A DNA stretch of 10,849 bases, taken from NCBI RefSeq assembly GCF_006345805.1, contig NW_021827073.1:1-10849 (forward strand), given 5' to 3'. Shown in pieces: positions 8,006-10,849 of this stretch. This stretch comes from Octopus sinensis (Eukaryota). The position numbers were made by a program, and so were the translations under genes. Position 1 is the stretch's first letter; each line of letters starts with the position of its first letter. The notes beneath the pieces were generated by a model. The model was not told the DNA's origin. It did not search any database and saw only the letters and a list, made by a program, of their open reading frames with translations.

Positions 8006-8107
8006 TTATTTACATTATTTAATTTATTTACATTTGACGGATGTTTGTCATCATCTTGTTTGTTGTTAACACAGTGTTTCGGCTGATATACCCTCCAGTC
8101 TTCATCA
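8006..8107 (-). repeat. Inverted partial copy of the 3' end of the H2 element, containing a truncated/decayed hammerhead (8066-8107)
   Basis: Reverse complement TGATGAAGACTGGAGGGTATATCAGCCGAAACACTGTGTTAACAACAAACAAGATGATGACAAACATCCGTCAAATGTAAAT..AATAATGTAAATAA matches 8748-8845. Confidence 0.93.
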
Positions 8108-8195
8108 CGGGCATGTAGCGTAGTGATTAAGAGCGCAGCTACTAACCCAAGATTCCGAGTTCGATTCCGGCAGTGACCTGGATAATAATATAAGC

Positions 8196-8616
8196 ATTAT
8201 TATTATTATTATTATTATTATTTTTCTATCATTATTATTATTATTATGTATTATTATTATTATTATTATTATTATTGAGTGAGAGAGCAGTCATGCCATC
8301 ACGTGATACTGGGGTAAAATATACGAAGCCCAGTATACCCATCATGACTACCCAATCTGATAAGGGTACACTAGTACATGCATCACAACCTATATGTGCG
8401 CGACATGATGATCTCATATCAAGATTAACTGCAAATGACCTTGCAGGTGGGGCCCAGTTAGAATTTTCTTCGGGTCGAATAGCCATGATGCTCAAAGGTC
8501 CCTGAATAAGGGTTGTTTAAGGACGTTGAACAAAACCACCCATGTTTCCAAGGTGAATTATCAAACCCCAAGAATCCTCTCAACACATGGCTATGATGCT
8601 ACCCCCATTATTATTA

Positions 8617-8651
<35 letters not shown>

Positions 8652-8684
8652 TATTATTATATATTATTATTATTATTATATTAT
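8196..8684 (-). mobile_element. 330-nt unique repeat segment (8277-8606) bracketed by (ATT)n tracts on both sides; unclassified retro-insertion
   Basis: (ATT)n 8196-8276 and 8607-8684 are opposite in orientation to the host AAT tract; no recognisable ORF. Strand inferred from an (AAT)n 3' tail on the minus strand. Confidence 0.65.
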
Positions 8685-8741
8685 GATAATAACATCGAAA
8701 AATGCCTTAGGAATGAGAACCCAGGTTCGGGATTTCTTCAA

Positions 8742-8792
8742 GACACCTGATGAAGCCTGGAGGGTATATCAGCCGAAAAGTTGGGTTGTGTT
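8742..8792 (+). ncRNA. Minimal type I hammerhead ribozyme, decayed copy (family H2)
   Basis: GACAC CTGATGA A GCCTG gagggtatat CAGCC GAAA AGTT GG GTT GTGTT: core CUGAUGA intact, stem II 4/5 pairs, stem I GACAC/GTGTT. Stem III disrupted; combining with the inverted copy reconstructs GAAACGTT|GTGTT. Confidence 0.72.
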
Positions 8793-8916
8793 AACAACAA
8801 ACAAGATGAGGACAAATATCCGTCAATTGTAAATAATGTAAATAAAACCAAAGAGTTCATTCAACGCCGCATGGCTAATTTAAAATAACAAACATTATTA
8901 TAGGGTTAGAATTCAG

Positions 8917-9204
8917 AGAAATCTAATGGATGTATATTAATTTATTACTTAATCAAAATATTCATCTACAGTTGTTTAATTTCACAAACAAAATTAAAAT
9001 TACAAAACGTATAGATATATATTATATAATTTTCCGTTTTAAATACCTGAATGGAAACTCATCAGGATGATTTTCCGTACATGGTTTTTAAAACGCAAAA
9101 TTATGATTATACGTTTTGTAATTTTAATTTTGTTTGTAAAATGAAACAACTGTAGATGAGTATGTTGATTAATTAATAAATTGATATGCATCCATTAGAT
9201 TTCT
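8917..9204. repeat. About 290-bp imperfect palindrome with 2-nt loop (foldback/MITE-like)
   Basis: AGAAATCTAATGGATG..CATCTACAGTTGTTT..ACAAACAAAATTAAAATTACAAAACGTATA..ATAATTTT[C/G]CGTTTTAAA..GGAAA[C/A]TCATC-AG-GATG; centre at 9064/9065. Confidence 0.93.
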
Positions 9205-9222
9205 GTTTTCAACACGATAACA

Positions 9223-9228
9223 GATATA

Positions 9229-9297
<69 letters not shown>

Positions 9298-9306
9298 TGT
9301 GTGTGT
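9223..9306. repeat. (TA)n-(TG)n microsatellite
   Basis: Direct reading. Confidence 0.96.
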
Positions 9307-9651
9307 GGTAAATGAAAGACGGAAGGTGGAATATACGAAATTTTTATTAATCAAAATTGTTTCGAGACAAATCTAGCATCGATCCTTCACGGGTGGGATT
9401 TTTAACAACTAGTTCAGGTGTATCCTGCAGTGCAGATGTGTCTTATCGGGTGATAAATCGATACAACTTGTAAAAATAACAGTTCCGCATTGTATCTTCT
9501 CATTTCGTAGAAAGAAAAGCAGCAAAACGAAGGATATATCTTCATTTGTATAGGAAATCAAGAATAAAATCATAGATGCAAAAAAAGAAACGAACACGCA
9601 ATACAGCGAGAAATGCATTAAAGATAACCGTTAACCAATATGGATATATAA

Positions 9652-10078
9652 TCATCATCATTGTTCGACCGTGGTTGAGACAATGGAATTTACCATGCTA
9701 CGCCAGACTTCACGGTCCATCATAGCATTGCGGAGGTCCTGTTGTTGGATGCCTGTATCCCTGGAGATTACATCAGGGTAGGAGAGTGTGCGCCCTCTGG
9801 TATTGCGAATAGATGTCTTCCAGAGGAGAAGAGTAGAAATTGCCTCGTTTTCAGCTCTACAACAGTGTCCAGCAAACTGGACTCTCCTACCTTTCACAAG
9901 AGATGACACAGGTGGTAATTTCCCATATATTTGTACTTTGGCTGGATGACGCTTCCACGAGAGATTTTGAGCTCTCATAAGGAGGCGAGTGTAGGTTCCA
10001 TCCAACCGCCTCTCAAGCTTCTTTGATAACGTCCAGGTTTCTGAGCCATATAGTAGAATTGGTTCGACTGTGGCTTTG
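9652..10078 (-). mobile_element. 5'-truncated RTE-type LINE 3' end
   Basis: Stop-free KATVEPILLYGSETWTL..RLLMRA..RRVQFAGHCCR..MMDREVWRSMV; the LYG.ETW, FAGH and DR..WR motifs are typical of the RTE-group C-terminus. Stop codon lies in a (TGA)n/(GAT)n tail; possible 6-bp TSD ATATAA at 9646-9651 and 10079-10084. Confidence 0.88.
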
Positions 10079-10241
10079 ATATAAGCGCTCTCATGCAAGC
10101 TGCATGGAGCGTGTACACTCGCTCATACAAGCATCCGCGAAAATGTAAGCATACGCACACGTGTGGTTTGATGCGCACACAAAACGAGTTAAATAGCTAC
10201 TTGGTGTTTATAAGAATGGGGAGGTTAAAGCTAAACTTAAT

Positions 10242-10849
10242 TCATCCATACCTTAAAGTAAATTTTGTTAACAGTAACTCGAATTCTTTGCCACTGCTTT
10301 GTGCGAAAGTACATTTATATTCATGTAGGCATCTTGAGAGTCTTTCAGTAATTCTAATAATGATCTTCTCATTGATCCACAGAATAGATAGGGATTCCTC
10401 GGAGCAGAGTTGGCATCTCCGGAAATTATATTGTATGGTTTTGCGTGCCTTACTATGGACCAAGCTATACTTAATTTTATCTTCCTTCAGTCATCATACA
10501 AAATCGGTCAAAGATATTAAGTGTCTCGTATTGATTCTCTTGAAGCTGGCGACATGGTTACGATAACGATTTTCAAATGAATCAGCCGTCTGCCCAATGT
10601 AAACACGCGGTCCTCCCCTTGTGTGCGCGGTACATTTATATACAAGATTCGTACTCCTACAGAGGTTCATCAACGGGCATTTTAATTTTTCTCTACATGA
10701 GCATTTATCATATTTATTTGTATATATAGCAGTTCTGACTTCATTTTACGATGTTGTTACAGTGTTAGCTAAATGATAAGCATTCCTTTTTATTAAAATT
10801 TCATTGCGGTTTACATCTCCTTTGTTGGTATTTTGATGCGTATGCTCGC
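10242..10849 (-). pseudogene. Penelope-like element GIY-YIG endonuclease region (in-frame stops; continues beyond window)
   Basis: Single frame from 10703: CSCREKLKCPLMNLCRSTNLVYKC..RVYIGQTADSFENRYRNHVASF..DFV**LKE..RCQLCSEE..RLSRCLHEYK. VYK/YIG-T GIY-YIG motifs, RY.NH..SF, Cys-rich linker, CxLCxxE and C-terminal CxH. Stops at 10491-10496. Confidence 0.82.

Larger units (their letters stand above)
8106..8845 (+). mobile_element. tRNA-headed, hammerhead-containing SINE-like element (family H2), split by a nested insertion at about 8190-8684
   Basis: Head CACGGGCATGTAGCGTAGTGATTAAGAGC (A-box 8116-8126) and AGTTCGATTCC (B-box 8158-8168); GATAATAA at 8181 repeated at 8685; body AACATCGAAAAATGCCTTAGG..HHR..AATGTAAATAA; no T4 run in the host portion. 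Confidence 0.7.

Noticed and set aside
8106-8180. tRNA genes (also the heads at 3434, 4979, 6152, 6405 and 6968)
   Set aside because: A and B boxes are present, but there is no complete acceptor stem or terminator and each runs into a repeat body; these are SINE heads.
9030-9070. Minus-strand CTGATGAG at the palindrome centre as a hammerhead
   Set aside because: Followed by AAAAC-G-GAAA (or GCAAA in the other arm), so there is no canonical stem II-GAAA junction and no stem I or III.
10100-10130. GAGCG/CGCTC hairpin after a TGTATGA motif as a PLE 3' hammerhead
   Set aside because: No CUGANGA and no GAAA.
10093-10566. 157-aa plus-strand ORF
   Set aside because: Antisense shadow of the PLE endonuclease frame.
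1-10849. CRISPR array, prokaryotic operon, rRNA
   Set aside because: No equal-length repeats with unique spacers, no gene-dense organisation and no rRNA signature; the sequence is eukaryotic repeat DNA.

Overview
Eukaryotic, repeat-saturated, apparently intronic/intergenic DNA with no supportable host gene. The SINE types and extreme microsatellite load look like an Octopus/coleoid cephalopod genome (pattern recall, not database-verified). Almost all supplied ORFs are microsatellite artefacts. Coding remnants are three dead retroelements: an L1/Tx1-type RT fragment (2191-2482,+), an RTE-type LINE 3' end (9652-10078,-) and a Cys-rich Penelope-like (PLE) GIY-YIG endonuclease (10242-10849,-). 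The main unexplained signal is RNA structure. Five type I hammerhead ribozyme (HHR) motifs from three different repeat families are present (1072-1108 -, 2740-2774 +, 7847-7966 -, 8066-8107 -, 8742-8792 +); the ones at 2740 and 7847 have intact cores. One family appears to be a tRNA-headed, Pol III-type SINE carrying a PLE-style minimal hammerhead plus an inverted partial copy at its 5' side, i.e. a candidate Penelope-mobilised 'ribozyme SINE'. Also seen: two nearly loop-less palindromes (about 160 and 290 bp), a head-to-tail SINE pair with swapped central domains, a perfect 7+7 bp H-type pseudoknot inside a SINE, a covarying SINE 3' hairpin and an (ATT)n-bracketed nested insertion. All folds were done by eye and all activity claims are untested.
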